This document shows, in pieces, positions 38,301 to 50,200 of a stretch of DNA of 64,000 bases. The notes beneath the pieces were generated by a model. That model was given only the letters and a program-made list of their open reading frames with translations, was not told the DNA's origin and did not search any database. Numbering within the stretch: position 1 is the first letter of the stretch; every line of letters begins with the position of its first letter. This DNA comes from Oikopleura dioica (lineage: Eukaryota > Animalia > Chordata): the NCBI GenBank assembly GCA_907165135.1, contig OU015567.1:15500001-15564000 (forward strand). The letters are read 5' to 3'. The position numbers and the translations under genes were made by a program.

Positions 38301-38922
38301 TTTGAACTCATGGTCTACCCAAATACAGAAGTCACGTGGTTTCTTGGAAACACCCCCATTACTCCCCAGAATTTCAGGTTCTTTCGGACAGTTTTGGATG
38401 ATTTTGACTTGATTCAAAAATTAAGCATTTTGAAATACGAATCCTCCGAACGACGGGATGTCCGACAACTCCTCGTCAAAAACATCAACGACGACGACTA
38501 CAACGTTTTCATCATCGGTGCTGAGGCCAATGGACACAGATGCAACGCTCGAGTCATCGAGGGACCGTAAGTTTTTCACAACAACCCTTTGCTAACGCAA
38601 CTGTCAAGTGGTCTCGGTCAGTCCAGATTTGCTGGAAAAGAAATCGCTCCCAAACGAACCATCAAAGAAGCTCCAGAAGTTGACTACGATAGCAAACCCA
38701 AAGATCCTAAATTTGGTGTCTTTGGCCTCAAGGTTCCCACTGGTCTTTCTGAAAAGGTAGATTTTTTGTGCGAAAATGGATCATTTGAAATGATTCATTT
38801 CTCATTATTTTAAGGCGATCAAAGAATTCGTCCTCCAAGCCGCCATGGAGCGCGACATGGAACTTGGCCGAAAATGGGTCCGAAACGGTTCATCTTTCTG
38901 CCGAAACCCTTCTCTTGCATAA
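35353..38922 (+). CDS. Ig I-set repeat protein (titin/obscurin/MyBP-like domains), at least 4 Ig domains
   Basis: Repeats GRLEVQVADENAQVQWFK..LKFEMVSNGPLRALIIKNCVASDFGKY; VQWFFRGNEITKEKYSILKFEAV..RKLIVKNISADDF; AKWFFGDKEITKENFSILKFEP..RTLIIKNIRNQDYGQY; VTWFLGNTPITPQNFSILKYES..RQLLVKNINDDDY. Confidence 0.75.
37590..37611 (+). repeat. Interstitial telomere-like repeat (TTAGGG)3 TTAG
   Basis: ttagggttagggttagggttag just inside an intron of the Ig-repeat gene. Confidence 0.8.
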
Positions 38923-39393
38923 ACTGACAAATTTTATTTTCAACTTTGTAAATATACATTTCTATAAACAATTGTCTATCCTCTTCTTCGACAAAACAAC
39001 AGCTTTCTCCGACGATTTTCTTCTTCGAGTTGATCAGCAAAAATTTCACCCGCGTCAATTTGGCTTACGTCCAGGCCGAATAAGTCGCTCTAGAATTCTT
39101 TTTGCAAAGTTGAAATTATATTTTCGTACCAATTTTTCGAAAAGCAAGTCTAAGAAATCTTCCACGAATCTGATTATGGTCATTCTCTGTCATACTAACA
39201 CGCATTGGTGAGTTTTGAAATGCAAACTTGAATTCGTTTGTAATGATTAACTCCCTTCGCATACAAACCCATCCACCCTTGCCAAATTTTGAAAAAATCT
39301 GCAAACAGAAGTCATTTTTTCAAAATCTCTTCCATTTATTGCAGTTTCTTTCCGACAAAAATAAGACAAATGCTGCAGACTTTTTTTTTTAAT

Positions 39394-42326
39394 TTAGATT
39401 AAAACAACATTTATTCGGATAAAAATGCCGTTTCCATCTTCGAACTTGATAAAATTCATTTCGCCATTGTCAATGCTGATGAGTTCGTGTCGATTGGTGA
39501 CAGTTCCACTGCTAGGATTAATCTCTTCCGCCACTGCTTTGAACGGAACTTTTCCATCTGGGACAAATTAAGATATTTTAGTCAGTCTGTTGGTTTTACC
39601 TCTCTTTGCAAGGGAGAAAAAATTCTCCATCTCCGCCGAAAAATTTTGCAGCAGTTTTGAATTGTAAAGTCCAACCTTCTTTTGTGCTGTTAAAATTATT
39701 CTTCCACAGAAATTTGAGATTGATTGATCGCTGTCCAAGTGAGAGTGCTTTGAGAACATTGCTGATGTCGGTTTCGTCCATGAAGTCTTTTTCCCGCTCC
39801 CAACTAGTTCTACTCTGGGCTCGGCAAACTGCGTAGAAAACCTGAGTCAGGGTCGGAAAGAGCTGAAACGGGGTTTAACCAATCTATAACAGTGATTTTA
39901 TGGATCAGGGTTCTGATTGGTCGGTAGGCAACATTAACCAATCTTATTGGTAATCAAAGAATGCACTTCGATAAATTGGTTAAGTCCTCCAATGGCGACT
40001 TTTCATTTCAGCTCTTTCAGACCCTGACTCAGGTTTTCTACACAGGTTGCTGAGCCCAGGTTCTACTATCGTCTCCGTAGAAATTTCCGATCCCTCCGAT
40101 TCTTCCTATTTCTTCTCTCATTTTTTCGAGCTCTTCTTTGCGCAATTCATCTGCGCTTTTTGGACAAGGCTCTGTCCGAAGTAGCAAAAGGTCAAGTTCT
40201 TCTTGCAAAAGCGGAGTTCTCAATAAGAGCTTTTGCAGAACTAAGTTAAAATCAATTAAAGGGACCACCCGCACCGAGCTCGCGCCGCTTTTCAAAAGCG
40301 CAGAACTTTTCCTTATCTTCCTCAAACTTTTATGAATTTATCAGATCTAGTGTAGTTTTTCCTCCTCTTTCATCTCCAATTCGAATTTTTTTCACATCAT
40401 GATTTTTGAATTCAGGAGAGAGAAAAAGTGAGGCTCAACTTCAAAAGGCATCAGCTCCTAAAGTACTTGTCAGTTGAAGTTATAAATACCATCATCGAAA
40501 AGCGCATACAATTTTGACCAGGTCTACGTTCGCGTGGTCTTCAAATTTTGTTTGTATACGATCGTAATCGGGGGATTTATCAAAGAACACCCTTCGCGCG
40601 GCGGGGAATTTGCACTATTTTGGCTGAATGGGCACGCTCCACGCTGCGCGACGCTGGTTTCACACCGAGTTACTGTACTAATCCCCTGATTTTGGCCAGA
40701 TTTAAGCGAAATTCGAAGACCACGCGAACGTAGACCTGGTCAAAATTGTATGCGCTTTTCGACGAAAAACCTGAAAATATCAACAAGGGCAACAAGGGCA
40801 GCAAGGGCAACAAAAACAACAATGCTAGAGATGTTGGCGCGAAAGATGAGGAGTTTCCTAGAAGACAGGCGCGGAGCGCATACTCTCTTTGATTGATCTT
40901 CGTTTCGCCCGGTTAATCTAGATGCTGTTAAGTTTCTTTTGTTTTTTCATAAAAACAGATAGTTGCAATGACGAATCTTAACGATAAAACAGGGCGATTC
41001 GTGCATTTTGGCTTGGAATCAAACGCGTTGGAAAAACAATTTCAATATGAAAATAAAAGGACTTTCGTTTTTCGTCTGTCCACTTTTGAGGATGATCTTG
41101 ATCCAAGAAATTACTTTCATACTTATTAATTTCTAAAACGGAGAAAAGGGATTAAATCAACAATTCTAGAGACGCGCGTTCAAAAACAATAACAGAAGCC
41201 AACTCAAAAACAGCGCAACCTCTCAAAACCTGAAAATATCAACAAGGGCAACATTGTTGCCCTTGTTGCCCTTGCTGCCCTTGTTGCCCTTGTTGATATT
41301 TTCAGGTTTTACCCTTTTCGATGAGGGTATTTATAACTTCTACTGCCAAGTACTTTAGGAGCTGATGCCTTTTGAAGTTGAGCCTCACTTTTTCTCTCTC
41401 CTGAATTCATGATATGAAAAAAAATCGAATTGGAGATGAAAGAGGAGGAAAAACTACACTAGATCTGATAAATTCATAAAAGTTTGAGGAAGATAAGGAA
41501 AAGTTCTGCGCTTTTGAAAAGCGGCGCGAGCTCGGTGCGGGTGGTCCCTTAGCAAAAAAGCTCTTTTCCTTGAATTTGTTTCGTTAAATGTATTTTCGAG
41601 ATTTCTGAATTCTTCTTCCAGAATTGTCGAGTTTCAAAAAGAAGAAGTTTCAAATTTAAAGTTAATTCTAACAGTAAAGAAATAAAACGTCAAAAATTTG
41701 AGACTTTTCCAAGCCACTCGCATTTTTCGCTTTCTCGAAGCATATTATTGATTGCTCCTTCTGTCGCTTCAAGTTGATATTCTAGCTCTCGCAAGGCGTT
41801 TGATCGGTAGTAGAATTCTTCTGTCAGATTATTTCTTTTCTGAAATATCATGATATTAATTCAAGTTATGTTTTTATTGTTTTTACTTCGATAAGCGCCG
41901 TGCGTTCATTTTCCAAATCTTTCTTCCAATTTTGTGGTCGATTTTCGATAACTCCGTAGCAAGGACAATTTGAAATTTCATTTTCGTAAGCCTTTCTTTT
42001 TGGATTGAAGATTAAGCGTTAAAAGTTTTGCCTGATCCAGGAATAACTTGAAAATGTATTTATGCTCAAAAAATTGAATCTTTCATCAAAATAGAAATAA
42101 ATCCATTCCTGCAGGACTCTTTGCAATCTTCATTGTCACATTTTTGAAGACACTCATTTTTTACTCTCCTAAAATTTTCGCTGCATTTTTCTGATTTTCT
42201 TCTCAAACGAGTGCCTTCCGCGCAGAACTCTTCGCAATTAAAATCATTCGAGCAAACATGTATTTTCTCTGCTTCTACTAAGACTTGAAGAAAAAGAATA
42301 CATAAGCCGAGATCAAGTCTTCTCAT
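39394..42326 (-). CDS. Secreted Cys-rich + coiled-coil + unassigned C-terminal domain protein (paralog 2; interrupted by TEs)
   Basis: Signal-like MRRLDLGLCILFLQVLVEA; CSNDFNCEEFC..KSEKC..NECLQKCDNEDCKESC; after removing the MITE: GGIGNFYGDDSRTSWEREKDFMDETDISNVLKALSLG; last exon GKVPFKAVAEEI...IRINVVLI*. Confidence 0.62.
39815..40059. mobile_element. MITE, CTGGG family (intact 245-bp copy 5) inside a coding exon
   Basis: ~55-bp TIRs; perfect 8-bp TSD GTTCTACT at 39807-39814 and 40060-40067. Confidence 0.9.
40261..41548. mobile_element. Foldback element with ~285-bp TIRs and GGGACC termini (about 729 bp without the nested insert)
   Basis: 40261-~40545 is the reverse complement of 40715-40762 plus 41322-41548; TTAA-like flanks (taaa / ttag). 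Confidence 0.8.
40763..41313. mobile_element. TIR element with 9-bp subrepeats (caagggcaa)n nested in the right arm of the foldback
   Basis: TIR ..aaaacctgaaaatatcaacaagggcaacaagggcagcaagggc; 8-bp TSD CTTTTCGA at 40755-40762 and 41314-41321; internal agacaggcgcggagcgca shared with 48514-48988. Confidence 0.8.
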
Positions 42327-42482
42327 TTTTCTGCGCGAGCAAAGTACTCTTGAATGTTTTGATTCTGTAAATTGAGCCTCTTTGCTCCTCGGATCTGCAC
42401 CTATTTTGCATCATCTGCAGTTTTTTTCGTTAGGTAGGGATTTCAAAATCTGAGTGATTTTTATTTCAGTGATTTACGAAAA

Positions 42483-44642
42483 CTACAGCAATAGAATATT
42501 GAGTCTGACAGTATTACCCCTCGCGTCTTTGAAGTTAACGCAGTGCTCTTCATTTTCAACGGAGCTGAATAAATCTAGCCGCGAAAGAACTTCGCCCTCG
42601 CTCAAGAAAATGTGCTCAATCAACGCCTCGAATGGAACTTGTTTGTCTTAAATAATCAAAATTAAAAAAATGATAATTGTTGTTTTTATACCTTCGTTTG
42701 CCAGGCAAAAGTATGATTCATTGATATCCAAATCATTTGGGTGATCTCTCGTGTGTTTAAACGTTATCTTCCATTTATCTTCGGCAACTTCTCTGTCGTA
42801 ATTGAACCAAAACGTTTTACAGGGACGAAAAAGCTTATTTTTGAATCAAAGATAGGATTTAATCCCTTTCCTTGAGATTGAGTTTTGTCTCACCAAGAGA
42901 CAAAAGTCTCAGCACCTTTGAAATTGCTTCTTCACCCATTGTTCCCCTGACACTTCTGCTGTCTTCGCCGAAAAAATGCCCAGATCCTCCGAGAGCTCCA
43001 ACTTCCTCTCTCAAGCTGTCTAGCTTGTCTTGTCGAACATCATCTACTGTCTTCGCGATTGAGCAATTCTCCAGTTTATTCGAAAGAAAATTGATTACCT
43101 CCTGCAGAATTTCGTTACTTCAAAAAAGCTTGAGCAAAGCTAAACCAAATTAATATGTCCTTTCAAGCTCCCTTCCTTGTTTCGGATTCGTTGATTCTCT
43201 TGTTGAGCTCTTGATTCTCTTTTGACCAATAGTTCACTTCCCGATTGTTGCTCTCACATTCTCTTTGTTGATTTCTGATTGCGTCCAGCTCATTGTATCT
43301 TTTTGCAGCCGCTTTCAATTTTTCCTCGTTTTGCATTATTAGCAATTTTGCCTCCTCATTTTTTGTCTGTTTAGCCTCGATCTCCTTTGAAATAGAAATT
43401 TTAAATTTAGATTTTTTCATAGAATTATTTTACCTCTGTGACGCCTTCAATTTCATTTATGATTTTTTGAATCGATTCATTTTCTCGATCTAGTGGGAAA
43501 GAGGTGATAATGTCGTAGCATGGGCATTTCTCAGTTTCTTGTATGTAAGTGTCTCTTTTAATGAATTGTTAAGGGGGTAGAAACAACTTTTGCCCAAGAT
43601 GGAATACTAAAGATTTTTTCTAAGATTCTGAAAGCCTAGGACACAAAGAATAAAAGCGCTATCAAAAGTTACCCCCTTATTATGTTGGAATGTCCTTTAT
43701 ATTGCCTTTAAAGTTGGAGTTTTGGGAAAAATTTTAAATTTTCGAAATTTATCGAGGCTTAAATTCGTGAAATAAAGGGTTGAACGCCGATTAGATAGAT
43801 TTGTTTGGATCACATTATAATCGGGAATAACTTTGGTAGGACGATAACTTAAGGGTATCACGAAAAAATTCTGTTTCAAAATCAAAATTTTGAAAATTTG
43901 ATACAGAAGTTGCAATCGAACTCCCAACACTATCATTTTTTATGATTACGCAATCTACATCATAGATGCTCCTAGAAAAAGGGTTGAAGTATCTTAAAAT
44001 GAAATAATAAATTCTCGGTTAATCACATGTCTCGAGATAATCGTGCTTGAAAATGGGCGAAAATCGGGATTTTCGACGAGATGGGTTGCTGATTCGCTCT
44101 CTACCGATAAACTGGGTAAACAAAAATTAATTCTAAAAACAGATGTTCTTAGATCTAAGATAAATCTAACTAAAATCGAAGAGAGAATTCAAAAATTTAA
44201 GGTTGGCTGAGCTCGGGCGCTGTTCAAAAATCGGCTTTTTCAAAAGCTGTTTCTACCACCTCAAGCTGATTGAAAAAATGTAAAAATAAGACTTTTAAAG
44301 GTATGATTGCAATATTTTCCGATTTTTCTCTTCCGAAATGGTCATTAACAATCCGTTCATGCAGTGATTGACGCAAGGACCGCTGTCTTCACAGCTTTCG
44401 ATACACTTATTTTCGATCTTATCGTTTCTTTTCATGCATCTCTCAGATTTTCTTTTCAAATCTGATGCCTCCTCGCTTTGACAAAAGCCAGCGCAAGTGA
44501 AGTTCATCGAGCATATACTTCCGTAAGTCGAGTTTCCAGTCGATTTAGCAGAAGTGCAATGAAATAAGAGAAATATTTCGAGGCAGAGAAACCTCATGAT
44601 GCTTTGACCGTAAACCTGTTTATAGCAACAAAAGCGAATCAT
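42483..44642 (-). CDS. Secreted Cys-rich + coiled-coil + unassigned C-terminal domain protein (paralog 1)
   Basis: MRFLCLEIFLLFHCTSA; CSMNFTCAGFC..KSERC..NKCIESCEDSGPCVNHC; coiled coil 43163-43420; GALGGSGHFFGEDSRSV..EAISKVLRLLSLG; last exon KQVPFEALIEHI...VRLNILLL*. Confidence 0.65.
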
Positions 44643-45425
44643 GCTTTTTGTGTTGAAAAAACTAAGTCAAAAGAGGCGTTGAATGATCATTACTTCACAG
44701 AGGATTATGGTTTGAGTTATGTCGCTTTTGTTGCTATTCTCAAGTTTGTCTTTCTCAAATTTTCCGGAAGGTAGCGAAAAAAGTATCTTTCAGTCTTTGA
44801 GCACTCTATGCTGATCTTTGCCCCGTCCGTGAGATCTTCACCTTTAATGCATTATCTGCAGTTTTGGGCAGTTCTCAATTTATTTGAATGGTTACTTTTT
44901 TGATGCAAAAGAAGGGTTATCCTTATTAAAATTGGCCTCAGACTACGATAATATGCGTAAACACGTGATTGACAAAGTTGAGACTAATTAATTAAAAAAG
45001 TTTATTGCCCTTCAAACAGTTCAAGTAGCGAATATCAACTTCAATTACAAATTCCAACAGAGATCGACGTGTACAAATAAATTAAAACTGTATCTCTTGC
45101 CCCCTCTGATAAGTTGAAATCACGTGTGCGCTGAGAGGAACATCAATCATTTCTTCAGAAGCCAAATTTACTCAACCAAACACGCTGAAAATAACTTCTT
45201 GAAAAAATTCGATTTTTGAAGATAAATTATTCCTGATCATTTTTATTAATATTTATCCATAATAATTTATTGATGGTGCAACTGACCCTCTGAACGAGTA
45301 AACAGTATTCTGAAATAGAAGTTTTATGGGCAAAAAGCAATTAAAAATATCAACAGCTCAATGGCTCTATAAATCAATGGCGATAATAGAATCCCTCGAG
45401 CCAGAGATCTCCAAGTTACCAGAGC

Positions 45426-46420
45426 TCATCGAGGGCGGCGAAATGATGATTCTCGGAATGGCTTTTTGACCAAGAACGACTTTTGAAGACAGAAGATTTC
45501 CAGCACGGTCGGTGTAGAAAAGTCCAAGGCGTTTCTTTCCAATTCGCGCTGGGTAGGAAGAAGGGTTGGAGAGATTTCTGATCGCTTGAAAACGGGATTG
45601 AAAAAGATGTCGAAGAAGATAAATTCCTGTCTAGCCAATCATCTTAATTATTCGAAAGAAACGGATAAGGTGGACTGGGCGCCGTCTCGTTTTCGCAGCA
45701 ATTTGCGAAAAAGAGTAATTCGTCGGATAATCTCGATCTGCAAAATTATTCGATTAGATAGTTTTTCTTACTGAAACTCGCAAGACCCCGCTCCTTTTCC
45801 ATTATTTCCGAAAATATAAAGCAGTTCTTCTTCGACTGATCCGTCTTCTGAAAGGATTCGAATCTGCCCTGAGCCGTATTGAGCGCCGCCGAGCCTTTTG
45901 TACAGGCAGACCCCTACTGAGATGATCACAATCGCCAAAAGGACGCAGGATCCAGTTATCACCACGAGAATTATTCTGAATGAAATTAAATTTGAAAGAT
46001 TCAATAATCAGAAAGAAACTGTATTTAGTAATAAATTAACACAGTGACGCTCTTATTGAATATTATCAAAAATGGGATGATGTCTGGAACCGACAAAAAT
46101 TTCGACAAATTTTGCGTTGCCGGCTTCTCGGTTGCTGATTGGCCGGTTTGCCGAATCCAGGCTTCTGATTGGTTGAAAGTTTCTAAGCAAAATTTGTCGA
46201 ATTTATTTTGTCGGTTCCAGACACCTCCTCAAAAAGACAACTAAAACTTCTTACCGTGGATTTATTTGATTTTGAACCCCGTCGTTCTGCAAATTCGATT
46301 CTGACAGTGTCAATTTTCGTCCATTTTCAATAATCATGTCACTCAATCGTTTAGCGACCTCCTTTTCATTCCCTTCCATTTGACTTTGACCATTAGAAAC
46401 AGTTTTCTAGGGAAACAATT
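45426..46420 (-). CDS. Putative single-pass membrane protein
   Basis: Hydrophobic segment IILVVITGSCVLLAIVIISVGVCLYKR with open flanking exons; family not recognised. Confidence 0.4.
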
Positions 46421-47734
46421 CGCTCTTATTGCTTATTTTCTTCCTTGATTTCAAAATCTAAATTTGTCAAAAACGGTGTTTTGGTTTATCTTCTTTTTCT
46501 GATCTCAGCGACAGGGCTGGACTCCTCTTTTTTTTTAATTCGCCTTACCCCCTTTGGCGCCCTCAAACTCGTCAATTTTTATCTTTTGTGAGTGATGAAA
46601 CCAAATAAATTGAACTTCTGTTTATTCACTATCTTTTTATTCAACTTTTTGGAGTGAAAGAAAAATGCCTCGATGTGGCTTTTTATTAAGAAAAAGGCAA
46701 AAAATGATGAAATGGTAATGACAGAAGTGACATTATTTATTCAGTTTCTGTTGCCCTTTTCTGCATTCAGCGGTTACAACAAGTTCATTATGCTTATTGA
46801 TTTTTGCAAAAGGAATATTTATCCAAGACAGTTATTTGTATTACGAACATGCGTTTTATATCAAAAAAGATTTTTTTTTGGAAAACAATTTAATTCAGCA
46901 GTTTTGGGTGCCTCTTACTCTACAAATTACGCCTCGTTTTTCTTCGCAATCGGTGTTGTTCCACTTGTTTGATTCAAGAATTTCGACAGAGCCCGCAAAA
47001 CTTTCATCACTTTCTAACGGAAGGGTCGAATTTTCGCATTTTAAAATGAGATCAAAGGCCTACTGTAGATAATGAAATCTTTCTTATTAACAGAAATTGA
47101 CAGATATTCGAATTCTGATGATTTTTAGAGTCAATGAGCGTGAGTGCGCTTCGCGCCTGTCTTAAAGGAAATTTTACGGGTGATTCATTCATTTGTTATA
47201 AAAATATATTTTTGGCTCTTGAGCATCGATTGACTTCCGAACAAATCACTACTAAGTCGTTGTTTACTTTTTACTTTACTTTGCGGATAGCAAAAATCGA
47301 AAAAATCCGAATCGTTCGAATACCAAAACCTTCATTTTCTCTTCCAATGATTCGGGAAATCCAGAATCATTTGAGATCCCGAACTGTTCGAAGTTTCAAC
47401 CACTTGAGATCTTATATTTCTGACAATTTCTACGATGAAACTTCTGAGTTTCTTGTCCGTAATTTTGTTTACAAAATCATTGAATAAATGATTCAAAAGC
47501 TTAAATCTATAAGTAAAAATAAACGATGTTTATGTTCCATAGATACCTAAGTAACACTGTTAAAGAATCTTTTGCGAGTTGACCCTCGATCTTGACAACA
47601 TTTTTTATATCTTCAATGCAAATATTGACAGCGCCAAACCCCGCCATCTCAGCATAATTCTCAAACCAAATTCATACGTACAAAAGATCAAGCTATAAAT
47701 AGAAAAGTTGAATTTTCGCTTGAAATTTTCGAAA

Positions 47735-50200
47735 ATGATTGGTCAAATTGTGCATGGACATTATCGAGTTTTACGAAAGCTGAAGGAGGATAGAGAGGGG
47801 AAAATTTACTTTGTCGTCGAGGACCAAAAAATGGTAAAAAACGTTGATAAAAAATGATGAAGAAATTTTTATCAAAAGGAAATGAGCTGCGGATGCTCAA
47901 AGGAATCGGTCTTCTGGGAGAAAAGGAAGAACACGATGCGAATCTGGAGATAAATTTGCTTCGACAATTAGGATCGTTTTCACCGTTTCATTTTTAAAGG
48001 ATCTGATTTCGAGCTTTTGAAAATCGAGTAAAGATCATGACTACGTTGTAAAACTTGTGGACGATTTCAAGTTCACCGCTCCAAACGGCTTGAAGTATCA
48101 CGCTTTGATTTTGGAATATCTCCCTGGCGGCGATTTGGCGCAGTTTTCGAGGATATGCTCAACAACCGTAATTCTTACCTAAATACAAAAGAAAAATATA
48201 TATTATTTTCAGAAGGGAGCGAAAACGAGCTACCATGGGCGCAAAACGATGCCTTACGAATTTCTGCACAACTAGTTCTAGCGCTAGGTAAGACTTCTTA
48301 GATATCAACAGTTCTTACTTCCAAATTTCAAGACTACATTCACGGAAAGAATATCATGCATCGGGATATCAAGCCGGAGAACATCCTCATGTCCGCTGAT
48401 AGACAACAGGTAACGAAATCCATTGTTATTTTGACAAACGATTTAGGTGAAAATTGCCGATTTCAATGTTTCCCGCGCCGTTGCAGAAACAGTTCACACT
48501 GGCGTCGCTAAATGGGAAAACCTGAAATTGTCAACAAGGCCATCAAGGCCATCACGGCCATCAGGGCCATCGAGGCCATCAAGACCATTTTAGAAATCAA
48601 CAAAAGTCCCCATAACCTGAATTTGTCAACAACGCCATCAAGGCCATCAATTCTAGAAAGTTGTTTCTTGGGTTTCCCATAAGACAGGCGCGGAGCGCAC
48701 ACGCGCTTCTTTTGCTTTCTGATCGTCGATTTTTGCTTCAAAAGTACAAAAATTGATCTGTTTCCAACGCAGTGTCCTTTACAACAGCTAAAGCAATTTT
48801 TCATTCAAATATTGAGTTAATAATTCATATAATCTGAGAACAAGAACGTTTCAAAAACCGCGCTTATAAAAACAACAACAAGCAAATCTACAAAACTTCT
48901 CAAAACCTGAAATTGGGAATTGATGGCCTTGATGGCTTTGCTGGCCGTGATGGCCTTGATGGCCTTGTTGACAATTTCAGGTTCGTCCCGCTAAATCAAT
49001 GGACTACTTGGCGCCTGAAGTGATTAAAAGCCAAGGAAATTCAGCGCCTCTCTCGTTTTGTCAGGATGTTTGGGCGGTTGGCATCATTTTTCAAATGCTG
49101 TGCACTTTCAGGAAAGATTCGACAAAAGTTTAACAGTCAATAATTGATGTTCTATTTGTTCAATCGTGCAAGACATCCGTTTACGGCTGGGAACCCGTTT
49201 CAGACAATGACAAACATCGTCTACAAAGCCAGGCGTCCTGCTGAAGTCGTTTTTCCGGCGATGGAAAGTCTGGTCCGGCGATGTCTTGTCGTTGAAGTCG
49301 GTGAACGAGCAGAAAGCGCTGCTGCGTTGATGACTCACCCGGCCCTGGTCAGTTTGATCGAGCAGTTGAAGAATCGAGTTTTGCCAGCTGATCTTACTTT
49401 TGGGTTGACTAGAATGGAAACGACGATGAAAATCAACCAGTTGCTGGATCGGGAAAATATCGAATCGAAGAATGAGCTTTCTAAGGAGAAGAAATCGTCG
49501 AAAAAGTTGAAAAAAAGAAATTGCTGATTTGAAACGACTCAACAACACGTTCATCAACGACATTAACAAACTCAAACGACAAACTCAAAAACTGGAAAAC
49601 GATCTTCGCGAATCAAAAAAGCCCAAACCTGTCGCCCCACGAATTCCGGAAACTGATCGATCCGAAATTGTAAGATATTTTGGTTCGAATGCCGCGATTA
49701 ATGGATTTGGTCATTTCTTTGGTCTCGACTCTAGCTCTGTCCGAAATTCCCACGACGAGAATGCAGTGCGAAGAGTGCTTCGAGCAATGGCGGCTGGATT
49801 CTCGGAGTTTAATTTGAAGGAATTGGATAAAATTGCATTTTTTAGTTTTTTTTGATTTTTGTTTCGACGCGATTTTCATCCAAAATAAAGTTTTTTTACG
49901 ACAAAAATTTAGAAGTGACAGAAGCTGGATGGACAATCCGACAACAATCGCACTTCGAAAACTTCGGCGGCGACGGCTTCTGGAAAATATGGATTCTTTT
50001 CAACGGTATTGATTGTTGAATTTGAGATTTTTATTTTTTTAGGAAAACGCGTCGACTTTCAAGTTGACGCGGACGATATTAACTATTTTACTGGGGAGAG
50101 CAAAAACTCAGCAAAGAAGTTGACGCCGGATTCACAAGGAATGGTCAAGCTCAAAGGAGAAGAAGGTGTTGTCCGCTGGAATATAACTGTAAAAAAGTAA
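47735..50200 (+). CDS. Ser/Thr protein kinase (NEK-like, DFN motif) with coiled coil and unassigned C-terminal domain
   Basis: HDYVVKLVDDF, LILEYLPGGDL, IMHRDIKPENILM, VKIADFN, DYLAPEVI, QDVWAVG, HPFTAGNPFQTMTNIV; C-terminus NGFGHFFGLDSSSV...GKRVDFQVDADDI. Confidence 0.8.
48514..48988. mobile_element. TIR element with (caaggccat)n subrepeats inside the kinase activation-loop exon
   Basis: TIR gggaaaacctgaaattgtcaacaaggccatc / gatggccttgttgacaatttcaggttcgtcc; 8-bp TSD CGCTAAAT at 48506-48513 and 48989-48996. Confidence 0.85.

Noticed and set aside
46673-47487. Several plus-strand ORFs upstream of the kinase
   Set aside because: No motif or consistent exon chain could be supported.
48520-48600. 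9-bp tandem units (caaggccat)n, also 40780-40815
   Set aside because: Not CRISPR: there are no unique spacers and the sequence is eukaryotic; these are TIR subrepeats.
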